The notes: generated by a model not told the origin, from the sequence alone. Positions 9,929 to 20,273 are shown, counted from the first letter of the stretch. The stretch is 64,000 nucleotides of DNA from an uncultured Candidatus Saccharibacteria bacterium (GCA_964450605.1 CAYVEK010000001.1:224597-288596), one strand, 5' to 3'. Translations and numbers: made by a program.

Positions 9929-11350
9929 ATGTCAAATCTATACACAAACAGAGTATTTACAAGTGCCTTACATGACCATATTGGTCAGGAGGTTCAGATT
10001 TTCGGTTGGATTCATGTTCGCCGAGATCAAGGAAAGCTTATATTTCTAGAAATACGAGATAAAGATGGGGTGGTACAAGGAGTTGTACTTCCGAGTCGAC
10101 CAGATGTTCTTGGTGTTGCTTCAACACTCAGAAATGAGTTTGTAGTTTCTGTCAAGGGTATTGTCAATACACGGCCAGAACGAAATATTCAAAAAGATAC
10201 TCCAAATGGTGATATAGAAATAGAGATAACTGCCATAGAGATTATTAACGCATCTGAAACTATGCCGTTTGATATTCATAACTCAAAAGAAGTTGGTGAA
10301 GACGTACGACTTAAGTATAGATACTTAGATTTACGAGGAAAAAGATTACATGACAATATTATTATGCGAGATAAGATCATTGCATTTTTCCGAGAGTATA
10401 TGCACGCAAACGGATTCATTGAGATAGAAACTCCTATGCTTATGCGAGGAACTCCAGAAGGTTCTCGAGAGTACCTGGTTCCTTCACGATTACACCATGG
10501 AACATTTTACGCACTTCCACAGTCACCACAACAGTTCAAACAGCTTTTGATGGTTGCAGGATTTGAACGATATTTCCAGATAGCGCGATGTATGCGAGAT
10601 GAAGATCAGCGAGGTGATAGACAGCCTGAGTTTACACAGCTAGATTTTGAGATGTCATTTATTGATCAAGAAACTATTCTTCAATACACAGAGAAGATGT
10701 TTATTGAGATGGTTCAGAAACTTTATCCAAACAAAAAGATTTCAACAACTCCATTCCCACGACTTACATACGCCGAGAGTATGGAAAAGTATGGATCTGA
10801 TAAACCAGATCTACGAGTAAACAAAGAAGATCCAGACGAGTTAGCTTTTGCTTGGGTTGTTGATTTTCCTATGTACGAAGAGGCAAAAGATGGAACACTT
10901 ACAACAGCACATCATCCATTTTGTTCTATGCATCCAGAAGACGTAGATATCTTTATGAATGCAAAACCAGGAGACAAAGAACTTCTTAAGGTTCGAGCAA
11001 ACTCATACGACCTCGTGTTGAACGGATATGAACTTTCATCAGGAAGTATTCGAATACATCAGAGAGATATTCAGAAGAAAGTGTTTGAACTTCTAGGTAT
11101 GAGTGATGAACAGATACAATCAAAGTTTGGTCACATGCTTGAAGCGTTTACATTTGGAACACCTCCACATGGAGGTTTTGCGCCGGGAGTTGATCGTATT
11201 GTTATGCTGATGCAGAACGAACCAAACATCCGTGAGGTTATAGCTTTTCCAAAGACAGGTGAGGGAAGAGATCTTATGACAGGAGCACCTGCCGCGATGC
11301 CGGTGGAGCAGTTGACCGAGCTTGGGGTGAAGGTGATAAAGGAAAACTAG
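9929..11350 (+). CDS. aspS: aspartyl-tRNA synthetase (short form lacking the bacterial GAD insertion)
   Basis: N-terminal OB anticodon-binding domain, then class II motifs QSPQQFKQLLMVAGFERYFQIARCMRDEDQRGDRQPEFTQLDFEMSF and GGFAPGVDRIVMLM. At 473 aa it is too short to carry the GAD domain. Confidence 0.85.
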   Translation: MSNLYTNRVFTSALHDHIGQEVQIFGWIHVRRDQGKLIFLEIRDKDGVVQGVVLPSRPDVLGVASTLRNEFVVSVKGIVNTRPERNIQKDTPNGDIEIEITAIEIINASETMPFDIHNSKEVGEDVRLKYRYLDLRGKRLHDNIIMRDKIIAFFREYMHANGFIEIETPMLMRGTPEGSREYLVPSRLHHGTFYALPQSPQQFKQLLMVAGFERYFQIARCMRDEDQRGDRQPEFTQLDFEMSFIDQETILQYTEKMFIEMVQKLYPNKKISTTPFPRLTYAESMEKYGSDKPDLRVNKEDPDELAFAWVVDFPMYEEAKDGTLTTAHHPFCSMHPEDVDIFMNAKPGDKELLKVRANSYDLVLNGYELSSGSIRIHQRDIQKKVFELLGMSDEQIQSKFGHMLEAFTFGTPPHGGFAPGVDRIVMLMQNEPNIREVIAFPKTGEGRDLMTGAPAAMPVEQLTELGVKVIKEN

Positions 11351-11422
11351 TTTGTAAAAAGCCTTGATTACGTAGCGGTATGTCAAGGCTTTTACTATTG
11401 ACCAACCTGTTATAATACACCC

Positions 11423-12319
11423 ATGCAAAGACAATATTTATTCAAAAACAAAGCAGAAAATACATTTAAAACCATACTCCTTATGGGAGTAACTTTTGCC
11501 ATAGTGGCTGGTCTTGGCTGGCTTCTGTCGGTGCAGTTTGGAAACATCAACTTCCTATACGGTGCACTCTTTTTTGTTGTTATTATGAATGTTGTAAGTT
11601 ATTGGTTCTCAGATTCTATAGCTCTTCGTATGTCTGGAGCTCAGCCTATAGACATGAACACGGAGCAAGGTAAGTCTCTGTTTGCTACAGTTGAAAAACT
11701 TTCTCGTTATGCGCAGATAAAAACTCCACGAGTATATATCATACCTGATCAAAACATGAATGCGTTCGCCACAGGTCGAAATGAAAATCATGCAGCAGTG
11801 GCCGTTACAACTGGACTGCTACAAGTTCTGGATCAGGCAGAGCTCGAGGGTGTTATAGCGCACGAGTTGGCACATATCGGTAATAAAGACATACTTATCT
11901 CATCTGTTGTTGCTGTTCTTGTCGGACTTATAGTTCACATGGTGCATATCAGTGCTTTTAACAGTAATAGAAGTGAAGATGATAAGGGTAATGCTTTGAT
12001 CGGAATACTTGCTATGATTATCGCACCACTTGCAGCTACACTTATACAGCTCGCGGTATCACGAAGTCGAGAGTTTCAGGCAGATGCAACCGCCGCTCTC
12101 ATAACAAACAACCCTCAAGGATTAGTTAGTGCTCTTCAGAAAATACATTCGCACAATGTTCACCAACCTCTAGAGTCTGCCTCAAATGCAACAGCGCATA
12201 TGTACATCAGTAATCCGTTTGGAGGCGGAGAAGGGGAAGAGGGTCCTGGTGTTTTGGCTAAATTGTTTATGACTCACCCTCCTGTTGGCGAGAGAGTTGC
12301 GAAGTTGTTGGGGAGATAG
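11423..12319 (+). CDS. htpX: zinc metalloprotease HtpX (M48 family)
   Basis: TM helices plus the HEXXH motif (HELAHIGNKD) and a downstream E/ALITNNPQG region typical of HtpX. Confidence 0.8.
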   Translation: MQRQYLFKNKAENTFKTILLMGVTFAIVAGLGWLLSVQFGNINFLYGALFFVVIMNVVSYWFSDSIALRMSGAQPIDMNTEQGKSLFATVEKLSRYAQIKTPRVYIIPDQNMNAFATGRNENHAAVAVTTGLLQVLDQAELEGVIAHELAHIGNKDILISSVVAVLVGLIVHMVHISAFNSNRSEDDKGNALIGILAMIIAPLAATLIQLAVSRSREFQADATAALITNNPQGLVSALQKIHSHNVHQPLESASNATAHMYISNPFGGGEGEEGPGVLAKLFMTHPPVGERVAKLLGR

Positions 12320-12330
12320 AGTTTTGTAAT

Positions 12331-12376
12331 AAAAAAGACCCATCACAGCTTTTGGTTATTACTGTGATGGGATCTG
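12331..12376. terminator. bidirectional hairpin terminator between convergent htpX and 12393..12881
   Basis: 10-bp perfect stem CCCATCACAG / CTGTGATGGG, with an A-run upstream and a T-rich loop/flank. Confidence 0.45.
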
Positions 12377-12392
12377 GGATTGGCCGTTTTTC

Positions 12393-12881
12393 TTATGCGA
12401 CTCTGGACAGGTCGCATAGAATTTGACAGAGGTGCTTCCAGCGCTCTTTGTAATGCATCTGAGCCCTAACGAGGCCCATTTCTTTGATATCATCCGCAAA
12501 TTGCCGAAACTCGACAGTTTGCATCAGTTGTGTGCGTATACGCCCCCATCGAAGAGCGATAGCTACAGGAATATCCCCCGTGTTTTCGATTTTTTCCGTG
12601 AAATGGAAAAAGATTATCGAGAAGAAGATGACGAGAGGTGGGGTACCTATCAGAGCATCAACTTTTGAGAAGAGTTCTGTGCGCACCCCCAAGAAAGCGG
12701 TGACCAGAAAAACAAAGGCTGTTCTAAAAAGGATGATCCAGAACAGATTTCTTCTAGTTTCGAGCATTCTCTGGTAGAGCGCCTCCGCGTTCGGTGATCT
12801 ATACTCACTCACGAGCTTCTCGCTAAACTTATTTGCAAGGGCTTCGATCAGGGTAGTGGCGACGGTTGTGTGGGTGGTCAC
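12393..12881 (-). CDS. hypothetical membrane protein (GC-rich islet gene)
   Basis: 162 aa with two to three TM helices. Compositionally GC-rich compared with its neighbours. Lies next to tRNA-Ser. Confidence 0.35.
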   Translation of the reverse strand: MTTHTTVATTLIEALANKFSEKLVSEYRSPNAEALYQRMLETRRNLFWIILFRTAFVFLVTAFLGVRTELFSKVDALIGTPPLVIFFSIIFFHFTEKIENTGDIPVAIALRWGRIRTQLMQTVEFRQFADDIKEMGLVRAQMHYKERWKHLCQILCDLSRVA

Positions 12882-13035
12882 GGTGTGTTGGTATGGTTCG
12901 AGGAATTGTATAAGTAGTATCTAGAGTTTGAAAGGATTTCAGACTCATCTACTTACGACACTTTATTATATCATAAATAAATCAAGAAATCAAGTATAAG
13001 GCGCTACAAATAACCTTTATATTATAAGGATAAAA

Positions 13036-13122
13036 GGAGAGATGGCAGAGCGGTTTAATGTACCACCTTGGAAAGGTGGCGTGCTCGAAAGGGTACCGAG
13101 GGTTCGAATCCCTCTCTCTCCG
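13036..13122 (+). tRNA. tRNA-Ser (anticodon GGA), type II with long variable arm
   Basis: Cloverleaf folded by hand: 7-bp acceptor stem GGAGAGA/TCTCTCC, anticodon stem CCACC/GGTGG with loop TTGGAAA (GGA), a long variable arm, T-arm GAGGG-TTCGAAT-CCCTC and discriminator G. CCA is not encoded. Confidence 0.85.
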
Positions 13123-13216
13123 CTAAGTCGAGCTTGCTCGGGATATATAGGTAAGTCGACGACAAAAACCCTGCTGCGTAAAAACAGCAGGGTCGGGAAG
13201 AATTTATGCTTTCTTC

Positions 13217-13798
13217 TTAGGGCTTCGCGAGGAGCTTGACCTTGGTTTCAATTTCCTTAGGCCCTTTGATTCGAGGCCTCATTCCTAGGTGTAAACCAAT
13301 CGAATCTAAGGATGATCTTATTCGTGATCTCATCACCTTTCCTATTCCATTCACACGATATAATTCATCAACCGTGTAATCTACAAGATCGCCAATAACA
13401 AGCACGGGGCCTCTTTCGAATTTACGTGAGTGTCTGAATAATGAATTGAGGATTGCTGCGCAATGCGGGGTGAAAGATGCCGTCTTGAGGAAATCGGTGA
13501 TTGGGGTTGCAAAAACGTCATCCATCGTCGTAACTTCCGGAGGTGTTTCACTACTGAAGGATACTTCGATGAGTAGTTTTGATACTTCTGAAGATGGATG
13601 GGGAGTGGGGTCAGAATCGATTACAATCCTGGGACTGTATCCATGCCGGACGAAAACATTTGTTATCGCACTCCGCAGGTCATCCAACAAGCCTGTTGAG
13701 GTAGAGTTAGGTATATGCATGATGTTGATGATTGTTTGTTTTTTGTGAACCTGATGCTTTGTTAAGTAGAACACTGTGTCTAAATAGGCAAAGAGCAT
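13217..13798 (-). CDS. hypothetical protein with C-terminal RNA polymerase alpha-CTD-like helix-hairpin-helix domain
   Basis: C-terminal IGDLVDYTVDELYRVNGIGKVMRSRIRSSLDSIGLHLGM follows the alpha-CTD pattern (IGDLV..TE.EL....N.G.KS..EI...L...GL.LGM). The N-terminal ~130 aa are unrecognised. GC-rich. The real start may be the internal Met (MHIPNST). Confidence 0.4.
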   Translation of the reverse strand: MLFAYLDTVFYLTKHQVHKKQTIINIMHIPNSTSTGLLDDLRSAITNVFVRHGYSPRIVIDSDPTPHPSSEVSKLLIEVSFSSETPPEVTTMDDVFATPITDFLKTASFTPHCAAILNSLFRHSRKFERGPVLVIGDLVDYTVDELYRVNGIGKVMRSRIRSSLDSIGLHLGMRPRIKGPKEIETKVKLLAKP

Positions 13799-13856
13799 TT
13801 AATAGTAGCACATGTGCCATATCATGTCAATAGGAGCACCGAAATAGATAAACTAC

Positions 13857-14399
13857 TTATGCACGCTCATTTTTTACACGTTCCTTCAGTTTTTCCATGT
13901 ATTCATCTTTGAATTTTCTATACGATGCATAATCACTTGCATACCTTGATGCAAGATCTTTCTTATAGGCAGAATAAGCGAGCACCTCTTCTGGATGACT
14001 ACGCAAATAATTTCTTAGATTAAGCATCTCTGTGTTATGAGGGTGTCCAGAAGGAAAGAAGTGTATGTTTGCAGTCAGAGCATTGTCTTCTATTATTCTA
14101 AATAAGACCGAGTCTTCCGTTACAAAACTTCCTGCATATTCAAACCCTGCCAGTTCCATTTCGGTCCTGTGTTTCTTTGCCAACTCAACAGTATCTGGTA
14201 ATATGGCGAGCACATCGACACAAGACTTACCTGACATACCTGGGACAGATGTGCTTCCTACATGTTCAATCTGGATATTTCCAAATATCTGTCTAATTTT
14301 TGAGGCGTATATTTCAAAACGTTTCGACCAATTTGGGTCGTATGTAACAATTTCGTATTTTCTGTCTCTGTATGGGTGAGTTTGAGAATCTTTGAACAT
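13857..14399 (-). CDS. GrpB family protein (UPF0157)
   Basis: IEHVGSTSVPGMSGKSCVDVLAIL motif and overall GrpB-like layout. Confidence 0.7.
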   Translation of the reverse strand: MFKDSQTHPYRDRKYEIVTYDPNWSKRFEIYASKIRQIFGNIQIEHVGSTSVPGMSGKSCVDVLAILPDTVELAKKHRTEMELAGFEYAGSFVTEDSVLFRIIEDNALTANIHFFPSGHPHNTEMLNLRNYLRSHPEEVLAYSAYKKDLASRYASDYASYRKFKDEYMEKLKERVKNERA

Positions 14400-14475
14400 A
14401 ATTCAATTCTAGCAATACAATGCACAAGTCTCAAATTATTAAGTACATAGTCTACTTGACTCTCTCCGCATTATT

Positions 14476-14940
14476 TTGAACATAGTGAAAAACCGGTATA
14501 TAATACTAAATACCATGAAAGAATATAGAAGCTTCGACCAATTACCAGAACTAGACATATCAGAGAACAGTACGGTGCCTGACACCACTCCTGCTCAAGA
14601 AACAGCTGAAAGAAAGGCTAAACACGAGTTAATGCTTGATGCTATGGGCGTAAATCCTGAAGATGATCCTAAACTTAGTCCAGAAGATTTTTTTAACTTG
14701 GCCATGTTAAAGTGTGGTTATATGGGTACAGGACGTGAATTTATACATACTTCTCGAAAAGTTATATTGGCCAGTACATTTCAAAAAGCTTTTATTACTT
14801 ACTATCAATTAACTGGTCCTAAGAAAAATATTAAATACAAAGAGTGGTTTGATAAGGCTTATGAGAATGGGATAATTGATTTCATACCTCATTCGAAAGG
14901 TACGGATAGTTTTCTTTGTTTACCTAAATCTACAGAATAA
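14476..14940 (+). CDS. hypothetical protein
   Basis: 154 aa ORF. No motif recognised. Confidence 0.35.
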   Translation: MNIVKNRYIILNTMKEYRSFDQLPELDISENSTVPDTTPAQETAERKAKHELMLDAMGVNPEDDPKLSPEDFFNLAMLKCGYMGTGREFIHTSRKVILASTFQKAFITYYQLTGPKKNIKYKEWFDKAYENGIIDFIPHSKGTDSFLCLPKSTE

Positions 14941-15713
14941 TTTTATATGATGAGAAGAAAACAGCTGGAGGAGTTGATAAGCATTGGCATATTTTTAATA
15001 TGATTCTAAGACGCCCATAGTCTTGTAATAAAAAACACCCCACCACCTCTTCGTGTGAAAAAGAGGGGCAGGGTAGGAAGGTAATCTCTCACAAGGCTCC
15101 TCGAGAGCCTTCGACATCCAAGGTTTTTCCGCAAGCGGCTGATTGCCCGTATGTCTTTGGACGCGCTAGAAAGTTTTGCTTCCTATATAAAACACCTAAA
15201 TAAAATTTCTCGCCACAAAGTCCCTGTGGACAGCCCTTATAGGGAGTGGTGGTCTCCCGATATATATAGTGTCGCACAATATATCTTTTGCGACATAGTA
15301 TATAGGGCTACAGAGGGAGATCTGGCTATTATAGATATACTATGTATAATGAAATTCTAGGACGAACATTCTGTTCTATTCATATCTCCAACCTCTCCAC
15401 ATCTACTAATGAGATCAAAACTTTTTCGCGAAGATCACAAATTTGTTCCGTCAGATTTTAAAACCTTGGCAGATAGGTTCTATAGGAATCAAGCTGATCC
15501 AACCAAGCCTGTACTTATGATTAACATCCTACATCATCTGTATCGTTACAATCACATCATCAGCCTCGCACAGTTCGACACTCTCAGACGTATATGGACC
15601 TCAACAGTCCGCTAAGTCAGAGAACCCGACCCTCGGGACAATTCCCATCCCCAGGGTTTTGTCTTTTATATATAAGTGCAAATCATTTGCAATATGCTAT
15701 AGTAAAAATCAAT

Positions 15714-16424
15714 ATGAGAAATTCTCCAAAAACATTGTCCGACAATCTAGTTCGTCTAGAAAAGTATATAGCTCAGAAAGGCATTGCGTCTCGCCGTGAG
15801 GCCAAGGACCTTATCGTACGTGGATGTGTATCCGTGAATGGTTCCCCTATCACAAACCCTGGACACGGCATAGATACAAAGAAAGATAAGATAGACGTGA
15901 AGCAAGATACAAATAAAGAATATGTTTTATTATATAAACCAAGAGGTATAGAGACTAACAATACAGGTACAGATCTTCGTGACATCTTTGATGTATTTCC
16001 AAAGTTTAAACACCTTTCAGCTATAGGACGATTAGACACCGAATCAGAAGGGCTTATCATACTCTCAAATGACGGAGTCCTTGCCAAAGCGTTTACAGGC
16101 TCTGATACTCATATCGGAAAGACCTATAAGGTTGAAGTGAGAGGTTTGGTTACTGACGCAATCATGTCTGAGATGGCTCACGGCATGCTTATAGATGAGA
16201 TAATGACAAAGCCGGCCATAACTGAAAAGATAAATAACAATGCATTTTTTATAACTCTATTCGAAGGTCGTAAGCATCAGATTCGTAAGATGTGTAGCGC
16301 CTCTCATCTACACGTTGTAAAACTCATACGTGTTGCCATCGGAGATATCGAAGTTGGAAAAATGAAAGCTGGTGATTTTCGACCACTCACACCATCTGAA
16401 GTTCAGAAACTAAAACGCAAATAA
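15714..16424 (+). CDS. rRNA pseudouridine synthase (RsuA/RluB family)
   Basis: N-terminal S4 domain (LVRLEKYIAQKGIASRREAKDLIVRG.V.VNG) and catalytic GRLD motif (AIGRLDTESEGLIILSNDG). The start is moved from the track's 15594 to the ATG at 15714; the upstream extension has no homology and overlaps a non-coding-looking region. Confidence 0.75.
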   Translation: MRNSPKTLSDNLVRLEKYIAQKGIASRREAKDLIVRGCVSVNGSPITNPGHGIDTKKDKIDVKQDTNKEYVLLYKPRGIETNNTGTDLRDIFDVFPKFKHLSAIGRLDTESEGLIILSNDGVLAKAFTGSDTHIGKTYKVEVRGLVTDAIMSEMAHGMLIDEIMTKPAITEKINNNAFFITLFEGRKHQIRKMCSASHLHVVKLIRVAIGDIEVGKMKAGDFRPLTPSEVQKLKRK

Positions 16425-16492
16425 CTTGCGTAATATAAATCCCCTCAGATTGATTAACTCCTGAAGGGATTTATATGTGCTGCAAATTGAGA

Positions 16493-17917
16493 TTATTTCT
16501 TTGCAGTCTTTTTTGGTTTTTTAACCATTTTATTTTTCTTATCTCGATGCTCTCCTTTTGCCATACTGTAAAGTATATCATGATCCTCTGCCCCGCCAAT
16601 AGAGACAATAAAGTTTTTGTGGATTTTTTCTAAATCATCTTTTCGTATTTGGTGGAATTCGTATTCAGCGACATCTGAAGATTCTTGAAATAAAATATCT
16701 TGTTCTTTTACTTCAGGATGTATTTCTAGAGATTTGTCGTTGTATCCTAGAACATATAGACCACTGAGTGTTCGTACTCGAGAAAGGGCAACGTAGCCTT
16801 GGCCATATTCAAAAACTTGTGACAGATCCATAAGGGCGCTATCCAAACTCATACCCTGACTTTTGTGTATAGTGATAGCCCATGCAAGACGTAGTGGCAC
16901 TTGAGTGATAGTTGCAAGTATTTTTCCATTGTCTTGTATACTCCAATCCATAGGCTCCGCTTCTATAAGCATGGAACCAACTTTAACAACAGGTACACCT
17001 CGTCTAAATGAATCAATGACGCCAATTGTTCCGTTTACAAAACCTTTCTCTGGATTATTTTTGGTAAACATAACTTTGGCACCAGTTTTAAGTTCGAGTT
17101 TTTCTGGTGATAAACAACCTTTTGTAAGTGTTTGTATAAGAGTATCTTTACCTGTACCTTTCATCTCATATATCTGGACCGGTTCTTTTATTTTCTCAAG
17201 TTCGCGGGCATTTACAGTATCGACATGAACATTGTGAGAATACAGTTTGGTTACTTCAGGAAGTTTTTCTGTGTCTCTATGAATACGTTTTTGCAATACG
17301 GTATGAACTCCACCGTGTATATCTCCTTTTCGTATAGATTGCAGGATTTGGGCAAACTCTGTATCACTCTGACGATGTTGTTCGGTCAAGTAGCATGTCA
17401 ATATCTTTGCTTCATTCCATGATCGGGCGTTAAAAGCAAAATTACCCTCTTCGAACATCTCAAGTGTTTGTGTTTTTTGTATGATAGGAGGAAGTTGAAA
17501 AAAATCACCGACAAATATAACTTGTAATCCTCCAAAAGGTTTTTGTACTGAACGAAGTGTCTTGCAGACTGCATCAACCATGTCGAGCGTTTTTGCCGGC
17601 ATCATAGATATCTCATCTATGATGAGTACTTTTGCTTTTCGTAAACGTTTTACTAAATATTCTTTTTCAAGAAGAGCTTCGAGATCATAATCAGTCAAAG
17701 TGTCTTTGATACCTATACCGGACCATGAATGTATGGTCATACCGCCGATATGTGTTGCTGCTATACCGGTTGACGCAGTAACTGAAGCTGATACACCTTT
17801 TGAGGCTAGATATTCTATATATGCTTTTATGGTGAAAGATTTGCCGGAGCCAGGTTCTCCAGTTAGAAAGATATTTGCTCCTGTTTTAAGGATGTTTAAA
17901 GCAGTCTCCTGAGTCAT
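16493..17917 (-). CDS. PIF1-family ATP-dependent DNA helicase
   Basis: Walker A (LTGEPGSGKSF), a VTASTGIAATHIGGMTIHSWSGIG motif characteristic of PIF1/RecD-like SF1B helicases, Walker B (LIIDEISM) and a C-terminal QGMSLD motif. Confidence 0.65.
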   Translation of the reverse strand: MTQETALNILKTGANIFLTGEPGSGKSFTIKAYIEYLASKGVSASVTASTGIAATHIGGMTIHSWSGIGIKDTLTDYDLEALLEKEYLVKRLRKAKVLIIDEISMMPAKTLDMVDAVCKTLRSVQKPFGGLQVIFVGDFFQLPPIIQKTQTLEMFEEGNFAFNARSWNEAKILTCYLTEQHRQSDTEFAQILQSIRKGDIHGGVHTVLQKRIHRDTEKLPEVTKLYSHNVHVDTVNARELEKIKEPVQIYEMKGTGKDTLIQTLTKGCLSPEKLELKTGAKVMFTKNNPEKGFVNGTIGVIDSFRRGVPVVKVGSMLIEAEPMDWSIQDNGKILATITQVPLRLAWAITIHKSQGMSLDSALMDLSQVFEYGQGYVALSRVRTLSGLYVLGYNDKSLEIHPEVKEQDILFQESSDVAEYEFHQIRKDDLEKIHKNFIVSIGGAEDHDILYSMAKGEHRDKKNKMVKKPKKTAKK

Positions 17918-18069
17918 TACAGGGGTAAGTATAGCATATAAATAAAAAGTCCCTCCAAAGCACTTTGAACGTGATGCCCTGTCCCCTCTTCACGAAGCTC
18001 GTGTTAAGGTTGTGTTCTCTGTACTCTGGAAGGAGTGATATCACTCATAGCACACATACAGAAAAAACA

Positions 18070-20220
18070 CTACCACTTCTCCACCATCAACAACTCCTTC
18101 TTCCCCATATCAGTCCAAATCTGCTCTGTTACAAAAGGTATAAAAGGATGTGCGAGCTGTAACACTTGTTCAAATGTTTTTCGTAAAAACACTCGTTTTT
18201 CTTCTTTTGCTGATTCGTCCACAGTTTCATCATTCAAAACTTTTTTAACTTCTTCTATCACAACATCAGCAAAGTGATGCCATACATAGTGATACAAAGT
18301 CTCTGCTGCCATATGTATCTGATATGAGTCGATGTATTTTTCTATTTCTTTTTTTGATTCCACAAGTTTTGTCTCAGCAACATCAAAAACCACCGCACCA
18401 TGAGATTCAGTTGTATTTTCAAAAACAAATCGTGCAATATTCCAAAGTTTATTTACAAACTTTTTATACGCCTTTATCTTCTCTTCAGAGAGAGGTATGT
18501 CATTACCTGGAGCATTTCCAACAAGCAGTGCCATACGCAATGCATCCATGCCGTATCTGTCAGCAACATCAATAGGACTCAATACATTACCTTTTGATTT
18601 ACTCATCTTTTGACCCTTTGGATCTAGAACCATGCCGTGCATGTATATATCTCGAAACGGAACTTTATCTGTTAGATATAGTCCAAAAATAACCATTCGT
18701 GGAACCCATTTGAAGATAAGATCACGTCCTGTTTCCATCAACTGTGTTGGGTAAAACTTTTTAAAGTCTTCACCTTCTGTAAATCCAAGCGTTGCAACAG
18801 GCCACTGTCCAGACGAAAACCATGTATCAAATGTATCAGCATCCTGTGTCCACCCTTCACCAGGACATTCTTTTGAAACAGTTGTTTCTTCTTCGGATGT
18901 GCCTTTATTTTTAAACCAAGCAGGTATGGGTATGCCCCACACTATTTGTCGAGAGATGTTCCAGTCGATCGGATTGCTCATCCAATACTCATATATCTTT
19001 TTAAATTGTTCACTTACAAATACAAGGTTACCATCTTGTGATGCTTTGAGTGCTCGCTCTGCGAGAGGTGCCATCTTTACAAACCATTGATCTCGGAGCT
19101 GTGGTTCTATTGGTGTTTCGCATTTGTAACATACAGGAACAACATTTTTGTAGGCTTCATCAACTTTCAAAACAAGTCCTTTTTGTGTAAGGATTTCAAC
19201 TACTTGTTTTCTACCTTCGGTGATAGCTCGTAAACCTTTAAGAGGGCCTGCAACGTCAGTAAGCTTGCCGTACTCATCGATAACTTGAACCATGTCTAAG
19301 TTATGTCGCTGTGCGATCTGGAAGTCTATAGAACTATGCCACGGAGTGATGGTCATAGCGCCTGTTCCAAATTCCATATCGATGCAATCATCTTTTATAA
19401 TAGTAAATGTTTGCGGACCATTTATCCATTCTGCAGTAAACTGATCACCTTGTTTCCATTTTTCATATCGAGCATCATTTGGATGAACCACGATATACTT
19501 GTCACCAAACTTTGTTTCAGGTCGAGCAGTACCTATCTCAAACTCTCCGATCTTAAAAGTATAAAATGGAGTTGAAAATTCTTTACTTGTAGTTTCTACG
19601 TCTGAAAGAGATGTTTGATGTTTACTACACCAGTTGCAATCTCTTTTTCCTCTGTATACAAGTCCATCTTTATACATCTTTATAAATGTATCCTGTACTC
19701 CGCTTACAACTTTTGGATCAAGGGTAAATGTTTCTCGACTCCAGTCGGCAGATACACCAATACGTTTTACCTCTTCCATCACGATGTGTTTATTTGAAAG
19801 AGTAAAATCATAAATCTCTTTGTACAACTGATCTCTATCCATACCAAAACGAGTTCGTCCCTCTTTTTCAAGTTGTTTTTCATACACTACTTGAGTTTCG
19901 AAGCCAGCATGATCTGTTCCAGGAAGTATAAGAACTCTATGTCCTTGCATACGCTTATATCGACCCATAACATCTTTAAGCGTGCTATCTAAAGCGTGTC
20001 CGGCATGAAGACGACCGTTTGCATTTGGTGGAGGCATAAGAGTTGTCCAAGTTGGAGATGTGGAAAAACGCTCAGGTATCTTTTCTGCCAATGTATCGGG
20101 ATTAAAAAAACCAGACTCTGACTCACGAGCATAGACGACCCCTTCGATCTCTGAGGATTCGTAAGGTTTCGTATATTTTTCGAGTGAGCCTGAAAGGCTG
20201 GTTTTTTTGATGTCTGTCAT
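18070..20220 (-). CDS. valS: valyl-tRNA synthetase (short form)
   Basis: PPPNANGRLHAGHAL (HIGH region), GTDHAGFETQ as in ValRS, an editing-domain region and KMSKSKGNV. At 716 aa it lacks the long C-terminal coiled coil. Confidence 0.85.
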   Translation of the reverse strand: MTDIKKTSLSGSLEKYTKPYESSEIEGVVYARESESGFFNPDTLAEKIPERFSTSPTWTTLMPPPNANGRLHAGHALDSTLKDVMGRYKRMQGHRVLILPGTDHAGFETQVVYEKQLEKEGRTRFGMDRDQLYKEIYDFTLSNKHIVMEEVKRIGVSADWSRETFTLDPKVVSGVQDTFIKMYKDGLVYRGKRDCNWCSKHQTSLSDVETTSKEFSTPFYTFKIGEFEIGTARPETKFGDKYIVVHPNDARYEKWKQGDQFTAEWINGPQTFTIIKDDCIDMEFGTGAMTITPWHSSIDFQIAQRHNLDMVQVIDEYGKLTDVAGPLKGLRAITEGRKQVVEILTQKGLVLKVDEAYKNVVPVCYKCETPIEPQLRDQWFVKMAPLAERALKASQDGNLVFVSEQFKKIYEYWMSNPIDWNISRQIVWGIPIPAWFKNKGTSEEETTVSKECPGEGWTQDADTFDTWFSSGQWPVATLGFTEGEDFKKFYPTQLMETGRDLIFKWVPRMVIFGLYLTDKVPFRDIYMHGMVLDPKGQKMSKSKGNVLSPIDVADRYGMDALRMALLVGNAPGNDIPLSEEKIKAYKKFVNKLWNIARFVFENTTESHGAVVFDVAETKLVESKKEIEKYIDSYQIHMAAETLYHYVWHHFADVVIEEVKKVLNDETVDESAKEEKRVFLRKTFEQVLQLAHPFIPFVTEQIWTDMGKKELLMVEKW

Positions 20221-20273
20221 GTTCAGTATACTAACACAAAAAACCTCTGTTTTCGAGGTCTTTTGTAGTAAAT

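Noticed and set aside
13042-13239. 65-aa ORF on the plus strand
   Set aside because: It lies almost entirely within tRNA-Ser(GGA) and its 3' flank. It is a spurious frame across a structural RNA gene.
15594-15713. Upstream extension of the pseudouridine synthase ORF
   Set aside because: The S4 domain starts just after the Met at 15714. The extension (MDLNSPLSQRTRPSGQFPSPGFCLLYIS...) has no homology and overlaps a hairpin-rich non-coding stretch.
18324-19797. Several 60-96 aa plus-strand ORFs inside valS
   Set aside because: They are antisense to a strongly supported 716-aa ValRS gene, with no independent support.
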